Assembly (NCBI GenBank): GCA_037447605.1
Contig: CM074815.1
Location: forward strand, 2,356,001-2,420,000
Reading direction: 5' to 3'
DNA: 64,000 nt
Origin: Zygnema circumcarinatum SAG 698-1b
Lineage: Eukaryota; Plantae; Zygnematophyceae
The first letter of the stretch is position 1. Every line of letters begins with the position of its first letter. A program made the position numbers and the translations under genes. The notes under the pieces were generated by a model that was not told the DNA's origin, ran no database searches, and saw nothing but the letters and a program-made list of their open reading frames with translations. Below are positions 48,908 through 61,828 of the stretch, one piece after another.

Positions 48908-50999
48908 TCAGTCCTGTGGCTCGGCCGCCCTAAAGCGACGGCCATTGAATCTCCAGGACGGAGGAAGGCCTTTATCCAACTTTTGCGAAGGTGCAGGAGG
49001 GACAGGCACTGTCTTGTGTCGCAACAACGACCGAGGAGCCGTTTTAAGAGGGGGGGTGCACCCCGCGGCTCGGTCGCGCAGGCGCGGATTGTATGAGGCA
49101 GTCCACTGCGACTGGTACAGAGCCCGGTGGTGCACAATGGCAGTGGAGCTCAGCGTCTGCTGCTCGCCGGAGCTACTCTTTGCGACCCCTGACTGGCTGC
49201 GAGTGGACAGCTTGCTGGAAGCGCGACTAGACGATGAATGGCACGGGCTGAGGGCGCCCTCGCTAGAGGCGGAGTGCGGGCGGCGCGGAGGAACATCGTT
49301 GAAGTTCCTGTTGCGCGGGGCCACGGCAGACGGGGCTTCGGGGGAAAGGGATACTGACTTCGAAAGCTCACTTGACCATCCTGTCGGGAGGGCTGAGCCT
49401 TGATTTGACACATCACCAACCTCCCTTGGCTTTGAATGGGAGTGACCAACCGACGATCCTCTCTGAAGTTCTGGGATAAAGCCCGACACCAGCTGCTGGC
49501 CATCTGTTCTGCAATGCAGCTGAATCCATGGATGTCCTGTGAGGCGAGACAAACAAAGAAGACGTCATTTAGCTCCATGTTGTTGGCAGTCCCCCATGTG
49601 TTGCGTTGCAGTAGCACTCCAAGAGCAAGTTGGTATCAGTAGTCAGAGCGGAAGCGAAAGGAAAATTCGCAGCCAACAACAGAGGAGTTTAGAGCTTCAC
49701 CTTTCGCAGCTTGCGGAGTGATTCTTTTGGAAGGATCTAGGCAAAGCATCCTCCGCACAAGGTCCTTCGCATCGCTCGAGATACGACGCCATGGGCCAGT
49801 TTCAATGTTAAATTCACCAGATCGAACCTTTTCAAAAATAGCGTCACGCTCTTCCGCCCAAAATGGAGGGCTGCCTGATAGAAGGATATAGAGGACTACA
49901 CCGACGCTCCACATGTCTGCTTCCAGGCCGTACGATCGGTTCAACACCTCAGGAGCTATGTAGTACCTGCAACCCAAGTGCCCGCGTGAGCGAAAGCCTC
50001 CCCGAGGAACTGTGCTGGTTGACTGCGGCAGGAGCAGCTTTCGATGAGCACAGCAGTTGCGACTTACGGAGATCCAACAATCTGCGTTAGTTCTGCACCC
50101 GGGTCGAAGAAAACAGCCGTTCCGAAATCCACAACTTTGATCATAGTATCTGACTGCTGCGACGTCAGTAATATGTTCTCAGGCTTTAAATCTCGATGCA
50201 TGATTCCCTTGCTGTGGCAGTAATGCACTACTGAGAGCAGCTGCCGGCACACGCGGGCTGCATCCACCTCCGGAAAAGATCCCTTCGTCTGAATACGGTC
50301 AAAAAGATCCCCCCCTTCGCATAAATCCATGATGATATGAACACTCTGCAAGAGGCAACAGCACAGATTCAGATAAGGGTTTCGGGTGGCATCCACACAC
50401 ACAGACTGGACCCAACGCGGCCAGCTTACATGCTCATGTTTTCAGCATGAAGCCTGCAAGGCTGACTCTCGTCTACGGGATAACGAGGGCTTCGGTCTCA
50501 CCTCGTCGTCTTCCGTGACAGCGCGCAGGCCCGCTATGGATGCGTGCCGACTCACGCGGCGCAGGGCTGCCACCTCCGACCGGAGTTCTGCCACGTCAGA
50601 CGCGCATGTCATTCGGATTTTCGGCAGTGTCTTGCAAGCGTACGCTTCACCCGTCCGCCGGTCAATGCAGTGGCGAACCACGGAAGTCATTCCTTCGCCC
50701 AACAGCCGCCCGAGGAAGTACTTCTCGGTCACATCGCTGTAGGGCATGTTCAAAATGTGGGCCGAGGCCTTCTGAGGCTCCTCTGACTTCGTTCTTCGCA
50801 GGGGCGCAGGTTTCAGCCATTCGTCGTCCTGTCCATCATCCAGCGCCGCAGCACCCGGCTGCGGCAGGCGGCTGCGGAGGGGGCTGGTGGGGAGCGAGGC
50901 GACGGCGGCGGCCGTTGCCATGCGGACGCGCTCGCCTCCGGAGGTGGTGGCTCCGCTGGAGGGTCGCGGCGCGGGGGCGGTACGGCAGTCAGCGGCCAT
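48908..50999 (-). CDS. CDPK-superfamily Ser/Thr kinase without EF hands (kinase 2), 4 coding exons; paralog of kinase 1
   Basis: Exons 50999-50502, 50345-50068, 49966-49701, 49536-48908; same intron positions and phases as kinase 1; [27 protein letters not shown]. Confidence 0.92.
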
Positions 51000-51340
51000 G
51001 GTGGACGAGAGGCGGGTGCGGAGGGGCGGAGGCGGAGAGGAGCTCCCTCGCTCCCTCCCGCGGGCCGTTGGCGCGAGTTAAGAGGGCGGCCCCGGGAGGG
51101 CCCTCCGCGGGCCCCGGGCCGCCCGGCGGCGCAAGCGACAAGCGCGAAATCACCTGCGGGAATCTGCCCGCCCGGCCGCGCGCCACGTGGCTCGGGCGGC
51201 GCCCCTTCGCCGGCCGCCGCAGGCGGTTGCCAACTGCCGCCGCGACGACCGGGAGGGGCGTTGACCGCGACCGCCCGCCGACCGACCGACCGACCGCCAA
51301 CGGCCCCGCGATCGGACGTTACTTTTGCTCGTTATTTTTA

Positions 51341-52301
51341 GGAAAATTCTATTCTCACACCTTTTTTGTTTACACACAGACCTTTTTTCGAAGGGCAGGT
51401 TCTATTCTAGAAAAAAAGGGGTTGAAAACGAAAAATGCTTTTTTCACACCTTTCTGGAATCGCTACAAACCTTTTTCCGTCGGGCAGATTTTACCGCTGA
51501 TTTTTTTTTTGGAGTGAAAAAAATATCGGCTTGCCCGAATCCGCTAGTAGCAGAATATCCGTCCGCCAAGAGATCGTTCGCAGGTGTGCGTCCTTCACAC
51601 GTGCGGTGAGTCTCCACCGTCGACTAGCTCGCTGATCGCACCACGGCAGATCACCGTTCGATCTTCAGTCGGGCTCGGTTCCAGCGAATGGCACGGGCCC
51701 ACGTGTCCTGCCAAATCCGGCTCAAACTGGGATTGTACAAAATCTGTACGGTCAGAGCTTCGAGGAAATGCAAAATATTGTACATTGAGTGCTTGAACCA
51801 ATAAAAATCAACCACGTCAAAAAAACTACGTGGCAGATGGTGATTGGGACTAATTGTCAGCCGCCGCAGGCTGGCCGGTCCAGCTCATAATTTAGCGAAG
51901 ATCTTGGGCCGAGGGACGCGCGCTCTAGCACGGGACACGGGGGCAGGAGCCATTCAATGGAACCGAGCCCGACTGCAGATCGAACGGTGATCTGCCGTGG
52001 TGCGATCTGCGAGTTAGTCGACGGCAGAGATTCATCGCACGTGTGAAGGACGCACACCTGCGAAACAATCTCTTGGCGGACGGATCTTCTGCTAATAGCG
52101 GATTCGGGCAAGCCGATATTGTTTTCTCTACAAAAAAAAAATCAGGGGTAAAATCTGCCCGACGAAGAAAGGTTTGTATCGATTCCAGAATGGTGTGAAA
52201 AAAGCATTTTTCGTTCTTAATCCTTTTTTTTCTAAAATATAACCTGCCCGTCGAAAAAAGGTCTGTGTGTAGACAAAAAAGGTGTGAGAATAGAATTTTC
52301 C
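51341..52301. mobile_element. Non-autonomous long-TIR DNA transposon (MULE/foldback-like), 961 bp
   Basis: ~350-bp inverted arms (51341-51691 vs ~51949-52301) starting GGAAAATTCTATTC; perfect 8-bp TSD TATTTTTA. Confidence 0.92.
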
Positions 52302-53062
52302 TATTTTTATTTATTTACCGTACTACCAGCAGGTTTGAACTTTGAAATTTTTTAGATTTTGGATGTTCAAATGAATTTGCTGCGTTGTCCCCTTGCCTAC
52401 CTCCTGTTGGCCGGCTTGCTTACTTGCCACCTTGGCTTGTTAGTTGGCTTTCGTCGAGCTTATCGAGAAAATGTTAATTTGAGGAGAGTAGTGGATGAAT
52501 GAATGCGACCATGCAAGCACAGACTTTGTCGCTGGCCAGAACGCTGCAGACATTGGGGAAAGTTTTTGAATGTCGCGATAATTTTGTGGAGACCTTGCTT
52601 CAACGTTTCCCGACACTGTTACTGTCAATTCAGAGTTTTCAGTAATTGGATGGGAAAAAGACGAGTTTTGGAAGAGTCTGACCGCCTTTTCACTGGAAGG
52701 CATTCTTTATTGCAAACAGTTTGATAGTTTGAATGCTCATCGAGGGTCTATTTTGAGTAGTTTACATCAGTTCTAGAAGCCTCTTATTCAACTTTAGGAC
52801 CATTACGGAAATAATAATATTTTTTATTTCATTTCTAATTTTGGTTCTTAGTTCAGCTTTCTTTTTTGTGGTTAAAACCCAGAACTTTGGGAGTTATGAT
52901 TTGGAATTTACTTCTTGTGAGGAAGTTTCCAAATTATGATGGATTCTAAAATGGTGATATTTGGAGTGATTCATGAGGGATGAAAATGAGAATGGCGAGC
53001 TTTGGATGGGGTCTGCAATGCCTTGACGCAACTGGGCCTTTTACTGAGTAGTAGTTACATGC

Positions 53063-53202
53063 TGCAACAAAACGGTGTAGGTTGAGTGCATGACCGAGTA
53101 TTTACTTTCGCAAATGCTTTTTAAGAGTTGAAGCACACGGTTAGGCCGTGTGGGTATGGGGAGGTCTATAGTTCAAACCTTGCTGGAGGCGCATTTGCTA
53201 CA
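53063..53202 (+). mobile_element. Solo mini-LTR (140 bp) with tRNA-like segment
   Basis: Aligns end to end with 26095-26224; TGCAACAAA...TTTGCTACA; flanks CATGC/TATGT (5-bp TSD with two C/T changes). Confidence 0.7.
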
Positions 53203-55786
53203 TATGTTATGATTGTCAAATGAAAAAAGTGCTTTGACTGATTGGTAAAATCCAATGTTTAATATTTATAGAGTTTGCTTCTGTTTTTAAAGCAGTGTTA
53301 TTAAGCCAACAACTAGAGTTATGTACATATGAAAAGATAGCCATTGTGAGTACAAAAGCAACTCATTTCACATTTTTGTTTAACCAAAAAAGGTATTGTT
53401 TGAGGCTTTTATGGTATCCCCGTAAATCAATCTTAAACTTTCCCGTGAATAAGCTGTTTACGATATTTAGGGGTTTTCCCGTATTTGAAGAGGCCTGGCG
53501 ATCTGTACTGCGAAAAGAAAGGTGACTGATGACTGAAACTGATGGTTTTTGCCGAACCTGTTGCGAGTCAACTGTGCGAAAAGGGCAAGTCCACTTGACG
53601 GACGTACCGACCGTACAGCTCGTTCGCACAAACTCGTCCGCATCCAAAACAGGGGCCGAAAGGCTTGTGCGGACGGACGTCCGCACATGATCCGTCATGA
53701 AGGTCCTGCCCGCCCGCCCTGTCTGACGTCCGCCACCCTCCGCCTCCTCCAGTCCCCCCCCGCCGCCTGCCGCCTGAGGGCGCGACCCGCAACACGACAA
53801 GGATCTCGGCGGCCTGCGCGCGTGCGAAGTTGTTGGAGAGTCGCGAACGCGGCAAACGCGGGGTGCGGACGCGGTCACGTCACGTCACTTCATGATCACG
53901 GTTACGCTCGGAGGCGCAGTTTTGACGGACGTTCACTCCAAAAGTTGCGAACCGTACGCCGTCGGTAGTAGGGGGGTAAGACTTAAAACATGGCCAAATC
54001 AATTTCGTATGCCTGCCGGGCGTATTTCGTATTGTACGGCGGGGAAATTCAGTAACAGCGCCGGAGTCCTAGGTTTGGAGCCCCGCGAATTCAGCAGAGC
54101 AATTTCGCAGCCGTTCGCACCTCTTTTCCGCACCGCCGCGATCCCTCCGCCGCTGCAAAATGCGCCGCGACGCGCCGCGCGCCGCCCGCCGCCCGCCGCC
54201 CTCCGTTTTGTCGTCACGCGCGTCACCACCGAGCGAGCGGCGTCCCGCCGGCGGCGGAGAGGCGCTCGCACCTGCGTGACGCGCATGGCGACAAGGCGCG
54301 GCACGATGATATTACCACATCGGCGGCGTGCGAAATTTGCAATTCAGATGCCTCCCAGAGATCCCTGAATTGGACGTGCGAAATTGAGCCTTTCTTGTGC
54401 CAATTTCGCACGCCCGGAAAAGCCGGTTTCGTAAGCCCAAAAATCCCCGAACGGTACGTCTAAGGGAAACCTTTTTAATTGAACATTGAACAATTCCAGG
54501 AAAAAATTCAATTGTTCAAAATATTGGCAGTAGGGTAGTATGAATTTCTTTAAGCTTTCGTGTTGTACCTTTTCTTTATTGAAATTGAAATCCGTTATGT
54601 TAATGATTCTGAACCATAAAGAAAATGAACATCGTAAAACGGAACAGGTTGAGAAAAAAAGAAATTAAAGATTTTGGCTTCTCAGAAAAAAGGAACTTTC
54701 AGAATCAGTTTCTCAAAACAAACCTCATATTTGTGAACACAAACATTTTGAGAAATGAGAAATGAGATATGAATTTCTATTTTTTTTCTCAATACAAGTT
54801 TTTATAGAGAACCAATTGAACATTGAACAATTAATTATCATTTGTGCTCAATTTCAAAAAAAAAAATACGGAAAAAATGGGGCCCGGGTTAAGCGGATCC
54901 CTCAAATCGCACGGAACCAACGTGGCATAAATTGGAATCCACACGTGCGACTGAACGTGTTGACTCTTTGAACATTTTCATTAAAACTTTTCGTTTTCTT
55001 AAATTGAAAAAGTTTCGACCTCGAGTGGTCAATGTTCAACCCTATTCAAAAAGATTGAGAATTGAGACATTATGTAAACTCGTTTCTCAAATTTTCAACC
55101 TGTTCGGTTTTACGGTACGGATTTTGATTTCGCGCACTACGGTTCGTTTGAAGGTACAGTACTTTTTCGAATGCAGTACGGTACTGTACTTTGTTTGAAC
55201 GTCCATTTCTGCGGAAACACATGCGGTGCCAGTCTCGAGCGCGGGCCCACCCCCCCCTCCATAAAGGCGCGGCCCCGCGCGATCCCTCGTCGCGGCGCGG
55301 CAGCGTCTCCCAACGGCCGCGGGACCGCCCTCGGGTGACGTCAGCCCTGGCACGTCGACCGCGGCCGTCAAGGAGGGAAGCTTCGCCTCCCGCACATTCT
55401 CTGACGTAGCAGGTCACCATTGGAGGATGTTCGACGACAGTGGCCAATAGGCAGGACGAGGATGGCATTGATCTCGCGATGGCGATGCCATAAACACAGG
55501 CGGCGTACTCCTGTGTGTAATAATAATTGGAGACACGCGCAGCGAGCGTCGGTTGAAATGCGCGGACGACATTTTCAAAGGGCGTGACGCGACGCGATGA
55601 CCGCAGAATCGCACGGCCGCGATCGAATCGGTTGAAAAAACGGGCGACGGCCGCGCGCACTCGAGCGAGGGCGGCGAACGCCGCGCGACACGTGGCCACG
55701 GCTCGCAAAGCGTGGAGCGATCCGTGGGCTCCGTCCACTCTCTCGGGAAGGGACGCGGCCTCGCTCGCTGGCCGGGCCCGCAGAGG

Positions 55787-55879
55787 GCGCTGGAACCGCG
55801 CTAGAGCCGCGCTGGAGCCGCGCTGGAGCCGCGCTGGAGCCGCGCTGGAGCCGCGCTGGAGCCGCGCTGGAGCCGCGCT
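55787..55879. repeat. 11-bp minisatellite (GCGCTGGAGCC) x ~8
   Basis: Direct reading. Confidence 0.95.
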
Positions 55880-57663
55880 CTTGCGAGGAGCGGCCGTTCC
55901 TGCGCGCCCCTCTGCCCTCAAGTCCGGCTCCAAGCTGAAGCGGACATGTGAAAGGCTCCTCATTTTTGGGGTGAAACTAGTTTCGGATTGGATTTCCAAC
56001 TTAGCACACAAATCGGAACCGAGGAACAAACCTGAGAAGGGATTGTAACGTAAGTGCTCGTTGACTTCGTGGGCTTTCACAACTTCGGGTGGGTTGCCAA
56101 GAGGGGGTGTCAATCTTGCTCATACATATTTACCGCATGATTCCTTCCTCTTCGCAAGTTCCCAAACCATCTCCAATTGCACATCAGCCTGTTTGAGTTC
56201 CACCAGCGCAACAGCCATGTTCTTCGTTTGCTCAGTCGCACGCCCCGTCCCCGCGCCGCCACTTCCGCGCACCCCTCTGCCGCCGCGGCGCACCCGCCCT
56301 CCCCCGCCACGCTGGCAGGGCCTGGAGGCGCGCCCGCCAGGGGCGCTGCTGCTCCCCCACGTCGTGCAAATCCGGTGGTCTACATTGATAGCAGGGAAAC
56401 GAAAAGCCATGCCATGGATCGATGAATGTGCATGCAAATCTAATGGGCGGACAGTGTTCCATCCATCAGTTATAACTCCACCCTGGCTGAAGAAATCTCA
56501 TACCATTACAGTTCGTGCAGAAAAAACAGGTTGCTTATGGCATGCTTTTGTGCATATTAAGCAAGGTCTCTAACCACCGGCAGACACTCGTGCCAATGTC
56601 GAGCCAATCTCTACAATACACATTGCTGCAGTCGTCTGAAGAACAATGTCCGAGAAGGTCGAAAAGGAGGAATGCAGAGGACCGGCAGGGAGTAGACGAA
56701 TCTGCACAGAAAATGGAAGCCATACTGACATGTTGTGAACAAGGCAACCGTTGGAAGCGCGGTAAATCGCTGCGTCAGTGGACTCATGCTCAAAATGAGC
56801 CCGGCAGTATCAGATTTTCCTTACCCATTGAACTGTTCAGTTGTTATCCTCTCTCTCGTTGTGTTGGAAACACCTCCTCGGCTTCTCGCCCTTCTCCATT
56901 CTCGCCCAATCTTCATCCCAGCACATCTTATTTTCACTCTTTTATTCTTTGTTTTTGTCCACGAAGCGTATGAAAAGGCCGTGGAAAATTACGTTCAGAA
57001 CGAGAAACAAAGAGCTGCTGAAGGCTTACCTTGCCTATGTGAAAGGAATTTTTTTAATAACATGCTAAAGACGCACAAAGTGACGAAGTGAACTTTCTTT
57101 CATGATTGAGTGGAAGAGATGCAGAAAGCAGTACGTTAGAACATACTATAGCGATGATATGCGTCGGTGCAATCGTGAGGCGTTGGAGCTACTCTAAAAA
57201 ATCAACGTCAATAACCGCGCTGCTACTGGCTATGCAGTTTTTGCGCTTTTAGGCTTTTTAGGGTTTAATCCTTTGATGTTCATCTCTCCCTCTCGTCTCT
57301 TCCTTCCCCTCCTCTCCATCTCACTTTCTCTTCCATCAGCCTGCGCCTTCCTCTCATTCCATCCTCTTCCCTGCAATCCCCTCCCTCCCTCCCTCCCTCC
57401 CTCGGGTCCCTTCAGCCTTCCCCCCGCGGCAGTGCAGTCAGTGGCGCTCCATGCGGCCAACGCCGTTCCGCACCGCTCCCGCCCCGGCCCAGTGCGATCC
57501 TGCCACGTCGCCGCCCCCCATTGGGCAAGCCGCGCGCGCCGCCGCGCGGACCAATCGCGGCGTGTCGGTGGCGTGACTTTTACGCTGCCTCCTTGCCTTC
57601 CCGCTCGCCTCCCCCTGCCCTCCTCCCTCCCCCTCCCCCTTTCCGATCGTTTGCTCGCTTGAG

Positions 57664-58872
57664 ATGAAGCTGAGCTGCGAGGCTGTACTCCCGAGCGCGC
57701 ACGCGCCAAGCCTGCCAAGCAAGGAGAACTCGCATGTAGCGCTCTTTCCCAGGGCGCCATCCAATCTGCTGCAGCTATATAAGCTCGACGAGTCCCAGGA
57801 GCTCGGCCATGGCTGCTGGGGAATAGTCAGAGTATGCACATTGCGTAAAACGGGTCAAAAATGGGCATGCAAAACCGTCATGAAGAGCAGCCTGCCGACT
57901 GCAGAGGATGTAGCAGCCTTGCTTTCGGAGGTAGCAGCAATGCAGGACCTTGAGAACCAGCTGCACGTGGTGCAGCTGAAGGAGGTGTTTGAGGATGAGA
58001 GGTCCGTGCATTTAATCATGGAGCTCTGCGATGGGGGCGACCTTTTTGATAAGATTGTAAGCAAGGGAATGCTCCTGGAGGACGAGGCCAAGGTACTGTT
58101 TCGACAGATCGTTAGAGGAGTTGCGGCATGCCACGGGAGAGGATGGATGCATTGTGATCTCAAGCCTGAGAATGTTCTCCTTTCAAAATCTGGGCTTGCA
58201 GGTGAAGGGGTGCTCCCGCAAGACCTCACGTGCGAGCAGGAAGGCCTTTTTCTTGACAGCGAAAAACATTGTGAGGAGGCAGTGACAGTGAAACTCGCAG
58301 ACTTTGGGCTAGCTGTGGATACGAGGAAAGGAAAGAACCATGGGCGAATTGCAGGCTCGCCATTCTACATGGCGCCCGAACTCGTGAAGGGCCAACCTTA
58401 TGGCATGCATGCAGATGTGTGGTCTCTTGGTGTGGTGCTCCATACAATGCTCGCCGGTGCCTTTCCCTTCAACGGCAATACGACTGAGGACGTTTTCTCT
58501 TCTATCAAGAAAGGGCGTTTGACGATGGCTGGATGTTCCTGGCAGACTATTTCTCCTGAAGCGAAGCATTTAATCAGACAAATGTTACAGATGGACCCCA
58601 CGAAGCGGCCACGAATATCTGAGCTTTTAGACCATCCTTGGATTTCTGAGGCGAGTATGAATGAGCCTGCCCGGACATCCCCGTTAAAGAAGGACCTGCA
58701 TGTGAAGAGAGGAGACGGGGAAGAAAGCCGAAGGTTTTGGAAGGGAGGCTCGAAGCTTCTATGGGAGGTTTCCACGTGGCTTCCAGCGCTCGAAACAATG
58801 GAAGTGCCCTCCGGCCTCTCTGCGGCTCTGGTGGGGATGGCTCAGAGTGCAGCTTCGTGCTTTAGGAGATAG
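57664..58872 (+). CDS. Intronless CDPK-related (PEPC-kinase-related-like) Ser/Thr kinase, 402 aa (kinase 3)
   Basis: LGHGCWG, WACK, MELCDGGDLFD, HCDLKPEN, DFG, GSPFYMAPE, DVWSLG, HPW; no EF hands. Confidence 0.93.
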   Translation: MKLSCEAVLPSAHAPSLPSKENSHVALFPRAPSNLLQLYKLDESQELGHGCWGIVRVCTLRKTGQKWACKTVMKSSLPTAEDVAALLSEVAAMQDLENQLHVVQLKEVFEDERSVHLIMELCDGGDLFDKIVSKGMLLEDEAKVLFRQIVRGVAACHGRGWMHCDLKPENVLLSKSGLAGEGVLPQDLTCEQEGLFLDSEKHCEEAVTVKLADFGLAVDTRKGKNHGRIAGSPFYMAPELVKGQPYGMHADVWSLGVVLHTMLAGAFPFNGNTTEDVFSSIKKGRLTMAGCSWQTISPEAKHLIRQMLQMDPTKRPRISELLDHPWISEASMNEPARTSPLKKDLHVKRGDGEESRRFWKGGSKLLWEVSTWLPALETMEVPSGLSAALVGMAQSAASCFRR

Positions 58873-60190
58873 TCGAGGTGAGGTGTCGAAGCGATAAGCA
58901 GTTGCAAGTGCTCTTGCGATGAGTTTGCAGCCGTTTCTGTCTCGTGAAGGAGACGAGGCCACAGCTTGTGGTGTTGGTGCTGCAGTTGGTGTACAATGTA
59001 TATGCTAGTCGTGTCTACGAACGCACACTTTGGCCATTACTCGTGGTTAATTGTGTGAGAAAGAACAACGAACTGGCAAGGGGTATTTTTTCAGAAAGTA
59101 GAGTCAGTTAAATAGGCTAGTTAAGTAAAGTTCACCTTCCAAAAACCTGTGGAATCAGAGGCAAAGCAAACCTTTGTCAGTAAATTATGGCACTTGAAGA
59201 TGGCAAAAGCATTGCCAATATGTAATCAAAACGAACGAAGACCTGATTCCTTTGTGAGAGTGATCCTTCGATGAGCTCCTTCCTCACTGAATAATTGCCA
59301 ACCTTTACGTTACGATTTGCTCTTGACCATCCATATGTGCCATAATTCCCTATGCACTAAAAGTGCTCTTTGGCTAGCAATCGAGGACCTCGGGTAATTT
59401 CGGTATGATCTTGCGTTGACCACCGCAGTCGCCTCTTCCGCCAATGTCAGCTGCCTGCTCTCAGACTGCTCTCTTTCGGTTGGTGACGATGGAAGTAGAT
59501 TTACTCTCTCAAAAGAAAGGCAGGACAGGCTGAGTCAGACAGCCTCGTGAGTTCCGAGACACTTGAGAGGAGTTCGTGGGATGTATGTGAGTTGAAGTTT
59601 TTGCAACACTAAAGGAAAAGCTACCGCAACTGAAGTTGTCGATCGCGAGTTGAGATGCGCAAACCAATCCAGCAGCCGCCATGCCGGAAGCTGATTCTGA
59701 ACGTGTCTGGGTAGGGGTGTGCCCTTGCATGGCTGGCCTTGAACTGAGCTCCATGGGACGTGAAGCTAACTCGTGTGGTGGCTGTATCTGCAGCCTGAAA
59801 AAATGGCTGAAATTATCTTCAAAAGGAGATGCAGGCGATGGGGGTTCAAAAACCGCAGTGGCCGTTTGTGCTCATGCGGTCTCGTGTAGGTTCGGTCAAA
59901 GTCGTGCATCCACTGCAAGTATGGTGCTAATGTTTCGCGCCCTTGCAGCCGTCAAACACACGTGTGCACACAGACAGATAGTGGGAGCGAGGACTTTTCC
60001 ATTGGTGTTCTAAAATCTTGACGAGTAACCAATTATAACTCAATTCGATCAAGGCATTACGTGACAATTATTCCCGGAGGTCAGACTCCTAAGATTTCTC
60101 AACTTTTATGTACAAGCTGGTCCGGAAGGGAGGATACTCCTGACACCTTCTAAAGATGTATTTTTTACCTTTTTGTTCCTAACATCTCAA

Positions 60191-61331
60191 TCAGATGTCC
60201 AATTCGAACTTGTATGAATATTCTAGGAACCCATTTTCAGCTTTAAAACTTTTGAATTCTACATCCTCAGGAAGGTCCAACACTTTGCGCCACTTCGTGT
60301 GCCCTGCAACGCCGATTTCCGGTCTCTCCCCCCCCCTGCCCGCCACCGGCCAATCAGCTTCCAGCGCCACCAGCCGCTCTCGGCCGTCGATCGTCTCGAT
60401 CGCACATGTGATCGCCATTTTCGCGAGCTTGCGGTGTGGCGCTAGTTTTACCTCTTCAAACAAAACCAGTCCGAACCTAAACCTCACCACGAAGTCGGGC
60501 AGTGCCATCGGGAAGACGACGTCGTTATTGGGACCATCTCTCGGACATGTCTCCACAGGATGGCCATGGATGTGATTCCAACACTCGCCGGCGACCTCGG
60601 AAAAGAGCTCGTTGCTCTTTATACTGCAAGGAGGGGCCACCGTGCAAGAAAAGAAAGGATAAAAAGATTGCCAGGAAAGCTCCATACTATACATATGCAA
60701 CAGGAATGTTCCATGCATGATCTCGAGGAAGCACGAGAGCTCCATGCATTATGCAGTATTCATGCATTATTGGGAATATCCCAAACGTGAAGCATTGTCA
60801 TTAAACTTAAGCCAGTTGCTCTGCGTCCTATTCCCTTTGACGACCCATGCGAGTAATGAAGCTGTTCATCACCGCTGTTTAGTTCAAGCACTCAAGTCAC
60901 AGGTAGGACTGTTTCACAACTTATCGACACATAAAAAACTGGAAATAATAACTGCAGAAGATTAATTTTAAAAACAGAGTCAATTTTTTTTATTCTGCTC
61001 AGAAGATTTCTCATCAAAATTTGGAAAATTGCACTGTGGCGGTGAGTGTCGGCGAGAAGAAGAGGAAGCAGAAGATGGGGAGGGAATTGGGCTACTTTGG
61101 AACGACTGTAGGTCGCCAGAGTACTTTCATGGCACAGAACAACGCCAGACATGCGTGCTAAGCGACGAGAAGAGAGAGAGAGGGAGAGAGAGAGAGAAGA
61201 AGAGAAGGGAAGGGAAAAAAAGCTCACCTCATGCTGGCATCAAGCTCGCTCACCCGAACCAAGATCAGGAGGGGCACCGACTTTTCCAGCAGCTTCCCCC
61301 TGAACATCGGCAGCTCCCCCAGCATCTCCAT
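60191..61331 (-). CDS. Hypothetical protein, 2 exons (61331-61228, 60623-60191); C-terminus weakly alpha-crystallin/Hsp20-like
   Basis: A phase-2 GT-AG intron joins the exons in frame; KWRKVLDLPEDVEFKSFKAENGFLEYSYK. These may be the terminal exons of a longer gene. Confidence 0.5.
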
Positions 61332-61649
61332 GCATGACTGAGAAGACCTTTACTACGTGCAGCGTAGGGAAAATTTTCACATGTCTATTTTTGACATGAC
61401 AGTTCATCTTATTCACCTTAAATTAATCGATTTGGCACACCTTTCGCAGTTCAGGGTTAATCCACATTTGTACTACAGAAACCTGCCTGGAATGCGAGCA
61501 TGCATTCCTGTTCCTTGGATGCTTTTCGGGGTTGGCTATTGCCCCCCCCGGGGGCGGCCACTGACCCTTTCTGCGCGCGGCCGAGATCAAAGCGGATGCG
61601 CGCGCCCCCCGAAACCGTGTGCGCTTCGGCCTCCGTCGTGGTGGCGCCC

Positions 61650-61828
61650 TGAGAGAGAGAGAGAGGGAGGGAGAGAGAGGGAGAGAGGGAGAGAGGGAGA
61701 GAGAGGGGGAGAGGGAGAGGGAGAGGGAGAGGGAGAGGGNNNNNNNNNNGAGGGAGAGGGAGAGGGAGAGGGAGAGGGAGAGGGAGAGAGAGAGAGAGGG
61801 AGAGAGAGAGAGGGAGAGAGAGAGAGAG
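61650..61828. repeat. (GA)n/(GAGGGA)n microsatellite with internal N gap
   Basis: Direct reading. Confidence 0.95.

Noticed and set aside
54470-55200. AT-rich segment with short inverted matches (54632-54657 vs 55091-55114) as a transposon
   Set aside because: No definable termini or TSD.
55070-56437. 347-aa ORF and neighbouring ORFs as genes
   Set aside because: GC-rich, include the 11-bp minisatellite, and have no recognisable domain; cannot be supported.
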